A DNA stretch of 64,000 nucleotides from Acinetobacter phage Mokit, in the sequence record MW388002.1; one strand, 5' to 3'. Of this stretch, positions 18,139-27,341 are shown in pieces. Positions within the stretch are counted from its first letter, which is position 1; the number at the start of each line of letters is the position of its first letter. Made by a program: the position numbers and the translations under genes. The notes beneath the pieces are model-generated. The model ran no database searches. It had not been told where the DNA came from and saw nothing but the letters and a program-made list of their open reading frames with translations.

Positions 18139-18492
18139 TTAGTGAATTTTATATGCATTTGCTTCATAATTTAATGCACGTAATGCTTGCTCTAATGAAT
18201 CAAATGATTGATCGAAAAATGGTTCATCATCAATTGTAATATCCATTGTACTTGTGTCAACAGAAGAGCCCCAAATTACATATTGGATTGCATCAATATC
18301 TGCATCAAAAACTGAATAAACAGTTAGCATACGTAATTCCCAGCCATCATTAAAGCCATTAGCAATTAATCGGTTAGGAGTTGCAGATGTTACAAAGGAT
18401 GATTTGTAATTGAAGTTGCCATCGGTGATATTGAAATCGATGTGAAATTGATCTACGATTTGTTCATCTGAAGGTATTTGGATGTTTAACAT
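18139..18492 (-). CDS. hypothetical protein (117 aa)
   Basis: ORF behind PeSL promoter ~18530-18573. Confidence 0.45.
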   Translation of the reverse strand: MLNIQIPSDEQIVDQFHIDFNITDGNFNYKSSFVTSATPNRLIANGFNDGWELRMLTVYSVFDADIDAIQYVIWGSSVDTSTMDITIDDEPFFDQSFDSLEQALRALNYEANAYKIH

Positions 18493-18555
18493 ATTGATTT
18501 ACTCACTTGACTTCAAATCCATTATTAGATTTGATATGACTATTATACCATACTT

Positions 18556-18915
18556 TTATAGCGAAGTAAACAGATTTTCTACAATTGTATGAATATTTTT
18601 CTTTGAGTTGCCACGTCTAATTTCGCGAATTCGACAAATAGTATCACCATAATCTCTTATATGGCGTCGTAACATGCATGCAGTTGCTTCAAGTGCTTCT
18701 TTAGCTTGTTGAACTTCCTTTTCACGAGTTTTATCTGCTAAGCCGACAGGGCGATTATTGCGAATTCGCCATCTGCGTTCTTTATACATATCGCTGCGAA
18801 TCTTATCGATGCGAACATCAACTCGTTTAAGTTCTGCTTTTGCATCATTTTGCATAGCTTTTATTGCATCTATTACAAGCAAATGGACTTTCACATTATT
18901 CTCCGCGAATATCAA
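18556..18915 (-). CDS. hypothetical protein (119 aa, basic)
   Basis: ORF. Confidence 0.45.
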   Translation of the reverse strand: MIFAENNVKVHLLVIDAIKAMQNDAKAELKRVDVRIDKIRSDMYKERRWRIRNNRPVGLADKTREKEVQQAKEALEATACMLRRHIRDYGDTICRIREIRRGNSKKNIHTIVENLFTSL

Positions 18916-19120
18916 AAATAACTTTAACTTCTAAATCATTTTCAGCTAACGATTCGATTGAATCTTCGGGGCTCCAGCCATGGTTAGATTCCCATTGTTC
19001 ATCGTCTTGTGTCCAGATATTACCTGCATCATCAAAGTATGAATACATTTCTTCAGATTCTACAACGGCGATTACAACAGTACCTTCAGGACGAGTTGCG
19101 ATAATGTTGGCTAAATCCAT
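18896..19120 (-). CDS. acidic small protein (74 aa)
   Basis: ORF behind PeSL promoter ~19147-19190. Confidence 0.4.
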   Translation of the reverse strand: MDLANIIATRPEGTVVIAVVESEEMYSYFDDAGNIWTQDDEQWESNHGWSPEDSIESLAENDLEVKVIFDIRGE

Positions 19121-19146
19121 GACGAAATCCTCATTTTGAATAATTG

Positions 19147-19190
19147 ATTTGATAGAACCATTATATCATAACAGTTCTATCATGTAAATA
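19147..19190 (-). promoter_or_regulatory. PeSL-type early promoter (stem gatagaac/gttctatc)
   Basis: tttgatagaaccattatatcataacagttctatcatgtaaatag. Confidence 0.5.
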
Positions 19191-19194
19191 GTTT

Positions 19195-20022
19195 TTATTT
19201 AGAAACATTACCTAAACTTTGAAAATTGTGCGGTACGATGATTGTAGACACATTACCTTTAGAGGCAGCGATTTTTAGCGCTTCTGCTTCTGTAACTCGA
19301 GCTTGTGCATTTAGCAAGTTTACATATTGAGAATCAGCTTGCTGAGCCAAGACTTTCATCTTTTCTTGTTCAACTTTTGCTACTTCGAGTTCGTTTTTGC
19401 GTGTTTTTAGATCTTGTTCGGATTTCAAGATTGCAGCAGAAGATTCAGTAATTTGAGATGGCGGCTGAATGTCAATTACTGAAATTTCATTTACTCGAAC
19501 AAACTTCGATTTACCTGAAGCATCAAGCTTTTTGTTGATTGCATCGCGAATTTCAGTTTCAATTTTAGAACGATTGTCATTGACTTCTAGTGCTCGATAC
19601 TGTGAAACAACATCATTAATTGCTGCTTTTGCAAGATATTCAACGTAATACCCAAGAAGATATACATCGCCATCCTTGGTAGTCATGTTTTGAGCTTTTT
19701 CAGTTTTATATGCAATTGCAGCATTTTCTGGAACAATGCCATAGTTTACTTTCATTTGAAAGCTTTTCATTGCAATTTTTTCTTGAACAATAGGAGTTGC
19801 AACGATTGTTGGCAAAACAAGATTTCGCTTTGACATGGGAATAATTTTCTGTGTTGCAAATTGATGAAGACCTTGAGTTAATACCTTATCACTGATTCCA
19901 CCAGTGAAACGATTTTCAGAAATAGCCACTTCGCTATCCATTACTTTTGAACAACCAATCATAGTTGAGGCAGCTAAAGCGATTACTAATGCAGTTTTTA
20001 AAGATTTCATATTTTGTCTCAC
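19195..20022 (-). CDS. SPFH/band-7 (prohibitin/HflK-like) domain lipoprotein
   Basis: Signal peptide + lipobox LAASTMIGC; SPFH-like core followed by coiled-coil region. Confidence 0.55.
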   Translation of the reverse strand: MRQNMKSLKTALVIALAASTMIGCSKVMDSEVAISENRFTGGISDKVLTQGLHQFATQKIIPMSKRNLVLPTIVATPIVQEKIAMKSFQMKVNYGIVPENAAIAYKTEKAQNMTTKDGDVYLLGYYVEYLAKAAINDVVSQYRALEVNDNRSKIETEIRDAINKKLDASGKSKFVRVNEISVIDIQPPSQITESSAAILKSEQDLKTRKNELEVAKVEQEKMKVLAQQADSQYVNLLNAQARVTEAEALKIAASKGNVSTIIVPHNFQSLGNVSK

Positions 20023-20291
20023 TTATGTTTACGTTTGTTGATAAGGTTAATTATACCACGGGAAATTCGAGTTGTAAACTTATTTAGTAAATAAATTACA
20101 AGAGCAACTATTGCAATAGGACCGGCAACCATCCATGCAAATGATGCAACTATAAGCACACCCCAATAAACCTTTTTGTCGACGCTATCAAAATGGTCGA
20201 AGCCATTTTCATATTTAATGTGAACTATTACATTTCCTGCTACAGAAAATATCATAAATGCTATTGCTACAGATAGTGCGTACATTACCAT
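20019..20291 (-). CDS. small membrane protein (90 aa)
   Basis: two hydrophobic helices; stop/start overlap with neighbours. Confidence 0.45.
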   Translation of the reverse strand: MVMYALSVAIAFMIFSVAGNVIVHIKYENGFDHFDSVDKKVYWGVLIVASFAWMVAGPIAIVALVIYLLNKFTTRISRGIINLINKRKHK

Positions 20292-20458
20292 TTTACTGAA
20301 TCCGATTTATCTAAAATTATATTTACAGCCACAAATGCTGATAAGCATATTAATGTAGCGAATAAAGTGGTTTTGATGTCCGGCATAATAACTAAGATCA
20401 TTATGATCATCGATGTCAAAACCAATGAAATGAATTGTCTTACCATTAGAAACTCCAT
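20285..20458 (-). CDS. small membrane protein (57 aa from internal ATG)
   Basis: Track ORF overlaps the upstream gene by 46 nt; ATG 20458 lies just downstream of PeSL promoter ~20463-20512. Confidence 0.35.
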   Translation of the reverse strand: MEFLMVRQFISLVLTSMIIMILVIMPDIKTTLFATLICLSAFVAVNIILDKSDSVKW

Positions 20459-20507
20459 GGTAGTTGATAGAGCAATTATACCATACTTCTGGTGTAAAGT
20501 AAACCAT

Positions 20508-21005
20508 TTATACAATATAATTATAAAGTTCTTCAATAACTTTATCTGGGCCACGCTTGGCGCCTAAATTGAAAACTGGGATGTCGTAATCAATTGCAAT
20601 TCGAAGTGCCATCCCAGTGCCACCTTCGATTTTTGCATCTGGCGTCCAACAAACGATAAAATCTGCCGGCTCATCAAGATTATCACCAAGCGCAATTTGA
20701 GCATTTCTGCCATGCATTTTGCGAGCAGAGAATTTACAAGCTTTCCAGTTTGGATGATATTTAGACGCAAAATCAACATGTCTCTGGCGTAATTCTGGTG
20801 TATTAGAGTAATATCCATTGTAACCTTGCCAAGGCAACCAAAGTACAGTTGTTTCAGGAGCACCGTCAATAAATGCTTTGTCCGCGCCTAAAGCTCCGCC
20901 TGTATGACAAACGTGACCTGCAAGTTCTAAATGTTTTGCAACTTCTCTGAGTTTGGCTAGAACATCCATAGGCGTTCTACGAGATCCAATGCCTGCATAT
21001 TTCAT
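20508..21005 (-). CDS. DprA/Smf-like (SLOG superfamily) Rossmann-fold protein
   Basis: GIGSRRTP ... HTGGALGADKAF ... EGGTGMALRIA resemble DprA/LOG-type nucleotide-binding motifs. Confidence 0.5.
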   Translation of the reverse strand: MKYAGIGSRRTPMDVLAKLREVAKHLELAGHVCHTGGALGADKAFIDGAPETTVLWLPWQGYNGYYSNTPELRQRHVDFASKYHPNWKACKFSARKMHGRNAQIALGDNLDEPADFIVCWTPDAKIEGGTGMALRIAIDYDIPVFNLGAKRGPDKVIEELYNYIV

Positions 21006-21057
21006 GTAATTACCTCACGCGTAAAGGAGCCATATGGCTCCTTTACTAGTTTTAAAT

Positions 21058-21195
21058 TTATTCAGATTTACCGGCTAAACGTTTAGAACGAATTTGTCCG
21101 AGCTTTAATGCAAGCTTCATTAAACCTTGTGGATCACGAAGTTTGCCAGTTTTAGAAGTTTGGATTTCAACTTGTGCAGTTTTTTGCTTAGCCAT
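21058..21195 (-). CDS. small basic protein (45 aa, MAKQKTAQVEIQTSKTGKLRDPQG...) not in ORF track
   Basis: ATG preceded by AAGGAAGCTGCTAATT; followed by hairpin aaaggagcc-atat-ggctccttt. Confidence 0.35.
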   Translation of the reverse strand: MAKQKTAQVEIQTSKTGKLRDPQGLMKLALKLGQIRSKRLAGKSE

Positions 21196-21209
21196 AATTA
21201 GCAGCTTCC

Positions 21210-21488
21210 TTAGATAGATTCAAATGAATGACGTGTTTTAATAAATGATTTGATTACTTGATTTACGAGTTCTTCAAGACCGGATTCATTTTCGACCTTT
21301 ACAAACTCATTGTTTTGATACAATGCAAATGAATTATCTTCAGGCATTACAAGAATGCTGATGCCATTAGCTTCATTGACTAAATGATTACCATTTAAAA
21401 CAAATTGCGAAGCATCAAAGTGTGATAAAAAATATTTGCATTGTAATTTCCTCAATTTCAAATCCGTTATTAGATTTGATAAGACCAT
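21210..21488 (-). CDS. hypothetical protein; probable frameshifted gene (homopolymer indel)
   Basis: Long ORF's ATG overlaps the promoter -10. A strong RBS+ATG at ~21441 opens an 8-codon ORF that rejoins this frame if one T is removed from a T6 run (~21427-21432). Confidence 0.35.
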   Translation of the reverse strand: MVLSNLITDLKLRKLQCKYFLSHFDASQFVLNGNHLVNEANGISILVMPEDNSFALYQNNEFVKVENESGLEELVNQVIKSFIKTRHSFESI

Positions 21489-21520
21489 TATATCAATTGT
21501 TTTTGTTGAAGTAAACTGCT

Positions 21521-21862
21521 TTATTCACATTTTTTCATTGGCATCAAATATGATTTGTGAATACCAAAATTAGGCAGCCAGCCATATGCTTTGTCTGGTT
21601 CACCTTCTGTAATAATCAGATCGCCACATACAGTTTCAACTTTACGTACATCACCAGCTTTGATGCCAACTGCATCACGATTTACTAAAAACTTTACATA
21701 CATCCCAGGTTCAATATCTGGCAAATTGCAATTGCATTTAGGAACCCTTGGAAGATCTAATGAATTTTCTTCAAAAGGGACTTTATCTGCTACACGAACA
21801 ACACGATACGTTTTACCAAATAGTTTAAATTGCATCATTTGACTCCATTGCAATAATTGCAT
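21521..21862 (-). CDS. hypothetical protein (113 aa)
   Basis: ORF. Confidence 0.45.
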   Translation of the reverse strand: MQLLQWSQMMQFKLFGKTYRVVRVADKVPFEENSLDLPRVPKCNCNLPDIEPGMYVKFLVNRDAVGIKAGDVRKVETVCGDLIITEGEPDKAYGWLPNFGIHKSYLMPMKKCE

Positions 21863-22307
21863 TATGCCACTTTTTGTAAACTAAGCCTTTGCTTACCTTT
21901 GTTAAACGCGTAATTCGCCAACCTGCAGTAATATGACTCTTCATTTCAGATTTTGGTACAATTTTTTCAATGTATGTATGATCTTGTCCTGAAGTCATTT
22001 CAACATATTCGCCTTTAGGCACCCAGTGCTTTGGAGGCAACGGAGGGATAGGAACGTGACAAACTAAACGTTTTAATAGATGAATATCTGGAGGTTCAGG
22101 TGCATCATCAATACAAAGAGTAATTGGCTTTTGTCCAAATGCCTTTTCAAATGCATCCGAGTTAATTGGTTGTGTATCTACGATCTTTTGGATGACTTCT
22201 GCATTAATTTCTGATTGGACAACTGTATCAAAAATTGTTCTACCTTCTTCGCTAGAAAGTACTTGTGCTAATGCGTCAGATTCTGCCATGGTTTTGATCT
22301 TGCTCAT
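21825..22307 (-). CDS. hypothetical protein (161 aa from internal ATG)
   Basis: ATG 22307 preceded by GGGAGAATTAAA and placed 1 nt after the stop of the upstream gene; track start overlaps by 130 nt. Confidence 0.45.
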   Translation of the reverse strand: MSKIKTMAESDALAQVLSSEEGRTIFDTVVQSEINAEVIQKIVDTQPINSDAFEKAFGQKPITLCIDDAPEPPDIHLLKRLVCHVPIPPLPPKHWVPKGEYVEMTSGQDHTYIEKIVPKSEMKSHITAGWRITRLTKVSKGLVYKKWHNAIIAMESNDAI

Positions 22308-22308
22308 T

Positions 22309-22728
22309 TTAATTCTCCCACTCATAATCAAATTCAACATGTACTTCATGGTACTCTGGAGACACCTCATTAAGATAGCCACAACGTTCTGTTGCAGCTT
22401 TAACCGAATCATGTGTTTCAACAACTGAGCAGCCATCATAATCTCGAGTAACTACTTGATACTTGATATTAGAAACCTGTTTCTTGCCTGGGTCTTCGCA
22501 TTCAACAAATAATTCTAAATCTTTATGACATAACTGTAATTGCAGCATTTGGTGATATGAAAAACGGTCTCGCCAAATTGGCTGCCCATGTATAGAAAAC
22601 ACATTGAGCTCATCATCTGTTTTTACATATTCTGCTTTGAAAATAGGGCTTGAACGATGTACATCTGCTAATGAATTTCCTATTCGTTTGCCATAAATTT
22701 CACGTCTATTTACTTTATAGAATTTCAT
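22309..22728 (-). CDS. hypothetical protein (139 aa)
   Basis: ORF. Confidence 0.45.
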   Translation of the reverse strand: MKFYKVNRREIYGKRIGNSLADVHRSSPIFKAEYVKTDDELNVFSIHGQPIWRDRFSYHQMLQLQLCHKDLELFVECEDPGKKQVSNIKYQVVTRDYDGCSVVETHDSVKAATERCGYLNEVSPEYHEVHVEFDYEWEN

Positions 22729-22829
22729 AATGATTTATTCATTGGATGATAGGTTTAATTATACTACAATATACATGTGTTGTAAACAACAAAAGGTGCT
22801 CATTGAGCACCTTTTTGCATTAAAAACTA

Positions 22830-23348
22830 TTAATAGCCATTGTTTTGACGATCAAAGTTTTCTTTATTTTTCAAGTAATACAACTCAAACATTTCTTCAG
22901 CTCGAATACCAAGAGCATTTGCCATGTTGAGAACGAAATGAATAATGTCGATGAATTCAAATTTAATTTCAAGTTGATCTTCGGGACTTAAATCAGAAAT
23001 CAAAGTATTACGCATTTCTAAGTTTTTAGAACGCCATGCTTTCCATACTGATGAAGCTGCATTTTCACCATTTGACATACCACCGAGAGATGTGAGCAAT
23101 TCACGAAACTCATCGTCAATTGAATCCTTTTGAGCACGCATCCAATCAACTACTTTGCCAGCAGTGTCTAAATTGCGAGGATCTTGATTCATTTCAGGTT
23201 TATCTTGAGCTAAACGAATCTGCAGACTATTTTGCATATCAAGCATTGTATCGAGGTACTGTTCGCCATTAAAACGTAAATCTTCTGCAACTTGACGAGC
23301 TGCATCGATACCATCAACTAACTGGGAGCATTGATTAAAGTGTGCCAT
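22830..23348 (-). CDS. 56: dCTP pyrophosphatase (gp56, MazG-like)
   Basis: MAHFNQCSQL...LDMQNSLQIRLA...DEFRELLTSLGGMSNGEN matches T4 gp56 N-terminus and length (172 aa). Confidence 0.75.
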   Translation of the reverse strand: MAHFNQCSQLVDGIDAARQVAEDLRFNGEQYLDTMLDMQNSLQIRLAQDKPEMNQDPRNLDTAGKVVDWMRAQKDSIDDEFRELLTSLGGMSNGENAASSVWKAWRSKNLEMRNTLISDLSPEDQLEIKFEFIDIIHFVLNMANALGIRAEEMFELYYLKNKENFDRQNNGY

Positions 23349-23632
23349 GTGTATTTCTCCAAAAGATTGGGTAGTAAATTTGATAAGGTAATTATAACAA
23401 ACAAATTTTAAAGCTTGTGTAACTCAAATCAGAATTTGATAATTTCTAGAACATTTAAATTTAATAAGTTTTCTAACCGTTTGATAAATTCTGACGCTAA
23501 GTTTTCATCGTCATGTACCAAAGATAGAGCCATTCGCCGTTTATGTGCCGAACACAAAATGCTTCATCATGCATATTTGTGTATGACACATTAAACAATT
23601 TGCACCATTGTATTAGTACAGTATCGAGTTGA

Positions 23633-24289
23633 TTAGGTGTTAATAGCATCAGATTTATCTCGCATAAGGTCTAAATAACGATCAAATGCATCAGAGTTCC
23701 AAGGTTGTTCAGGATTGCTGTCACGAATAGCTTTCATTGCTTCTGCAGATTTGATCAATTCTTCTGGAGTAAAGTAGTAGAACAACTGAGACCATTTGCT
23801 TTGGAACTCATTTTCAATTTGGCGATCAATCTGTTCTTTAAATCGATCTTCAAAGAGTTTCAAGATTTGTTCTTTAGTGCCACGCCAAAATAACTCTTCT
23901 GGAATTAGGCTTATGTTCCAAGTTTCAGGATCGCCTCTGCAGTCATCCCAAGAGTCTTGTACTTCAACTAATTGTAAATTTACGACCTTGTCAGATTTCT
24001 GGATTTGCGAGAAGCCTGCTTGTTTTTCAATATTTTCTGGACGACGGTAGAATTCACTAGTTTGGTTTGGCACATAGTTGGGATTGTCTACCCAATATGT
24101 ATTTTCAAATGGAATTACATCAAGATGAAAACCACGGTATGACTGCACAAAATGAGGCACTGGGTACTCATCAAGTTCAGCATGTTTTGTTAATTCAGCA
24201 ATAGCTTCAATTGCCAAATCAATAAATGTGCGAGCACGAGCTTGAATCTCTTTATTTGCTTGTTCTTTAACTTCAAATGGAGTCATCAT
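23633..24289 (-). CDS. hypothetical protein (218 aa)
   Basis: ORF. Confidence 0.5.
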   Translation of the reverse strand: MMTPFEVKEQANKEIQARARTFIDLAIEAIAELTKHAELDEYPVPHFVQSYRGFHLDVIPFENTYWVDNPNYVPNQTSEFYRRPENIEKQAGFSQIQKSDKVVNLQLVEVQDSWDDCRGDPETWNISLIPEELFWRGTKEQILKLFEDRFKEQIDRQIENEFQSKWSQLFYYFTPEELIKSAEAMKAIRDSNPEQPWNSDAFDRYLDLMRDKSDAINT

Positions 24290-24621
24290 GCAGCACCTTT
24301 AAGTGAAATGTAAACATATGTCTTTGATATACTCGTTGAGGATGACAAGATTTCAGGATATTCGAATTCGAATTCCACATTATTGATGTCATCGATTAAT
24401 ATTACTTTAGAAAATCCATCAAAATGCGGCCAATAGCCTATATCTAAAATACGATCTTGATGATCAGCTAGTTCCAAGATTGGCACACGAAATGAGAATT
24501 CAGAGAATTCATAGTATGCACCATTGTCTGAATAACACTTATTTAGAGCTTTGACATCCAGGTCTACCGGTGTAAATGTTATCGTACTTCCATCTGATGC
24601 AAATTCAATTAATATTTTCAT
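24286..24621 (-). CDS. hypothetical protein (111 aa)
   Basis: ORF, stop/start overlap. Confidence 0.45.
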   Translation of the reverse strand: MKILIEFASDGSTITFTPVDLDVKALNKCYSDNGAYYEFSEFSFRVPILELADHQDRILDIGYWPHFDGFSKVILIDDINNVEFEFEYPEILSSSTSISKTYVYISLKGAA

Positions 24622-24973
24622 AAGTTTTCACCAAAAAGAATACAACCAGCTGTGAAGAAACTGCCATGATTGCAGCAGCAATAGTTTGCTCAATTACCGT
24701 CATAGACACCATAGTGACAACAAATGAGCAAGCGCCGTATACCATAGGTTGCATTACCGATTTACGATAATGGTTTATCCAAGTAAATGAAATAACTGCC
24801 AGTAGGCCATAAAATAACACCATTTCATATAAATGCAATTCAGCTAATGCAGCAGTTAAGGCAAACGATATCCATGCAAAAGCTGCACAGATATCATATT
24901 TACGATTTAAAAATTTTTTCATATTACCAGCCTTGGTTAAATGTGTAATGTCGAAAACGATAAGGAATTTCAA
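24605..24973 (-). CDS. membrane protein (122 aa, 3 TM)
   Basis: hydrophobic ORF. Confidence 0.45.
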   Translation of the reverse strand: MKFLIVFDITHLTKAGNMKKFLNRKYDICAAFAWISFALTAALAELHLYEMVLFYGLLAVISFTWINHYRKSVMQPMVYGACSFVVTMVSMTVIEQTIAAAIMAVSSQLVVFFLVKTYENIN

Positions 24974-25340
24974 CAGTTAATTGCTCGAGAGCGGCTGAAA
25001 GAACTTGAGACCATTTTTCAGCAAAAACCTTAGATGACCCATATTGCCCATTGAATGTTGTAACTCGTTGAATGACTAACCCAAAATTGATTTGCTCGCG
25101 AGCCAAATGATAATCTATTTTATCTAAAGATTGGATCTGTTTTTGGATTTTAATACGTTTGCGATCCAAAATTTTTGCTGCAGAATAATCACGTTCAGCC
25201 ATACGCCCATAGTGCATATTAGTAACAAATTCGAGCAAGCTTTGGCGTTCTCTGATTTGTGCTTTTACTTGTAGGCGTGCTACACGAATAGTTCGAGCTT
25301 TGATACGCAGTTTTTCTTCAAGTAGACGTGAATTTAACAT
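24924..25340 (-). CDS. hypothetical protein (138 aa)
   Basis: ORF. Confidence 0.45.
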   Translation of the reverse strand: MLNSRLLEEKLRIKARTIRVARLQVKAQIRERQSLLEFVTNMHYGRMAERDYSAAKILDRKRIKIQKQIQSLDKIDYHLAREQINFGLVIQRVTTFNGQYGSSKVFAEKWSQVLSAALEQLTVEIPYRFRHYTFNQGW

Positions 25341-25401
25341 TTCATTTTCCTCAAAATTGCTAAGTGTACAAGACTTTCAAATGCAATAAATGGTAGAAGC
25401 C

Positions 25402-25719
25402 TTATAAGACTTCTACCATTAATACTCGTTTAATATCACTACGTTGCGTTTCGATGATTAGTGGCCCAGATAAATTACCAAAGGCTTTAGCAGCAGCATC
25501 GATATTATTGATCGATTCGACTACTGAAATATCACAAAACTCTATTCCCCAGAGAATTGCGCGATTAACTTCACCGTATAATGCAGTAGATTCAGATACA
25601 AATGTATTATCAAAACAAAGAACTTCAACAATATCTGCAGAACGCCATGGCAAAACTTTATCAAGAATAGATGGAGCTTTGATTGTGTATTGACGTTGTG
25701 TGATTTTAAGTTTTGCCAT
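25402..25719 (-). CDS. hypothetical protein (105 aa)
   Basis: ORF behind PeSL promoter ~25741-25782. Confidence 0.45.
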   Translation of the reverse strand: MAKLKITQRQYTIKAPSILDKVLPWRSADIVEVLCFDNTFVSESTALYGEVNRAILWGIEFCDISVVESINNIDAAAKAFGNLSGPLIIETQRSDIKRVLMVEVL

Positions 25720-25740
25720 GATGTTTTACTCATTAGGTTA

Positions 25741-25782
25741 TTTGATAAGACCATTATATCAATAGTCTTATCAAAAGTAAAC
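25741..25782 (-). promoter_or_regulatory. PeSL-type early promoter (stem gataagac/gtcttatc)
   Basis: tttgataagaccattatatcaatagtcttatcaaaagtaaac. Confidence 0.5.
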
Positions 25783-26259
25783 TTATTTTGATGAATATTT
25801 TTGTTGAATTAATTGCGACATTAGCTTTGCACAAGACTCTGCTATGTCTTTGTCTGATTTGCCTAACTTAGAAAGGCGTTCATAACTTGATATAATTATG
25901 TGGACTAGAGCATGGTCGCTTTCTGGAAATTCCTTTAAAAACTTGAGCGCCTTCGCGGTATTTGCGCCTTCGATAATGGCTAATGAAGCCTTGTGCCATA
26001 ATTCGATTACACTTTCATCACATGCAAGTATAGTACTTCTAGGAGCTTCAAATGATACTTCTGGATATAATGCGCTGTGCTCATAGATCTCAATAAGCAC
26101 TAAGTTTTTGTCAAGTTGATGCTCTTGGATTTCAAGATATGCCAGCTTTGAACGAGAAATGATTCCATACAAATCATTTTCTTCAAACATGCTGAATAGC
26201 TTTTTAGAAATCTGCTCAATAGCTGCTTTTGAATGTGTAAATGAACTTAGAATATCCAT
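25783..26259 (-). CDS. hypothetical protein (158 aa)
   Basis: ORF. Confidence 0.45.
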   Translation of the reverse strand: MDILSSFTHSKAAIEQISKKLFSMFEENDLYGIISRSKLAYLEIQEHQLDKNLVLIEIYEHSALYPEVSFEAPRSTILACDESVIELWHKASLAIIEGANTAKALKFLKEFPESDHALVHIIISSYERLSKLGKSDKDIAESCAKLMSQLIQQKYSSK

Positions 26260-26266
26260 AATTACC

Positions 26267-27295
26267 TCATATTTTGCTGAATTGTGTCATACGAATCTGT
26301 GCCATGAGCCTAGATTCAGAGTTTTCAAGAATGTATTGCTGGATCTGCTCAGGCAGTGCACCATCTTTTGCGACCATGTCATTGACATCTTTAGATTGCC
26401 AAGGAGCTTGATCCCAAAAACAAACGCGTTCGCCTGCTTCAATAAGTTTGTTCATACGTTTAATGGTATCGGGATGGCGGCATTCATTGTCGAGGACCCA
26501 AATACGTTTTTCTGGGTATGGCACTTGATCTAAATTCAATGAACCACCAGTAATTGCAAGAGCGTTTTCCAGAAATAAGCTATCGATAGGCCCTTCCATT
26601 ACAAATACAAAATCTTTAGATTCATCGATTGTATCTTGACCATACACTTTGGATGCATGTTCATGCGCTTTGATTGTCATGTATTTGATATTAGATGCCT
26701 TTAATGCACGTCCTTGGAATGATTCGATTTCACCTTTCTTATTGAAAATCGGTATCACTAGACGGAATTCCTGTTTTGGGTTCTCGAATGTACCTGGCTT
26801 AATGGAGTTACAAAGCTCTTGCCATTTATCAGTAAACCATAATCTGTGCCATTTTTCTTTAGGAATACGACGTGTAGATACGTACTTGATAATAGGGTGA
26901 TTTTCAGGCAACATGTCAATTCTTGTAGAATAATTTAATTTTTCGATTACATTAAATGTAGTTGTAAGTTTGTCCGAAACCTCAACCTGTTTAGGACGTT
27001 CTACTGTGTTGCCGTTCTCTTTAAATTTTTCCATCATGTATTCACGATACACTTCTTCATCTTTTTCTTGCAAAAAGCGATCAAATCTAGAACTGTAATC
27101 GCAGTTAAAGCAATGTACAAATGTAGTATTTTGATGATGGTAATACCAGAAACGAGCTTTGAGGCGATCTTTTTGAGAGTCACCACAAATCGGACACGAA
27201 CAATTTATACGTATAGGCATACCATGAATTAACTTATAATTTCGCTCATATGATAATACTCTTATGGCGTATTCATTATCGATCCAAGAACTCAT
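26267..27295 (-). CDS. 61: DNA primase (gp61; zinc-binding domain + TOPRIM)
   Basis: MSSWIDNEYAIRVL, CPICGDS...CFNC zinc ribbon, EGPIDSLF and VLDNE TOPRIM motifs align with T4 gp61; track M1 is TTG, the ATG at 27295 matches the T4 N-terminus. Confidence 0.85.
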   Translation of the reverse strand: MSSWIDNEYAIRVLSYERNYKLIHGMPIRINCSCPICGDSQKDRLKARFWYYHHQNTTFVHCFNCDYSSRFDRFLQEKDEEVYREYMMEKFKENGNTVERPKQVEVSDKLTTTFNVIEKLNYSTRIDMLPENHPIIKYVSTRRIPKEKWHRLWFTDKWQELCNSIKPGTFENPKQEFRLVIPIFNKKGEIESFQGRALKASNIKYMTIKAHEHASKVYGQDTIDESKDFVFVMEGPIDSLFLENALAITGGSLNLDQVPYPEKRIWVLDNECRHPDTIKRMNKLIEAGERVCFWDQAPWQSKDVNDMVAKDGALPEQIQQYILENSESRLMAQIRMTQFSKI

Positions 27296-27341
27296 ACTTT
27301 CCTCACATAAAACAAATGGAACCAATTGGTTCCATTATATA

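Noticed and set aside
20564-20869. Minus-strand internal overlapping ORFs (20564..20869, 20307..20507, 37414..37686, 32646..32843, 53450..53698, 52306..52512, 4612..4839, 5304..5507, 7174..7371, 25542..25754, 49626..49808, 50040..50255)
   Set aside because: They are alternative-frame ORFs embedded in better-supported genes, so I treated them as chance ORFs in AT-rich sequence.
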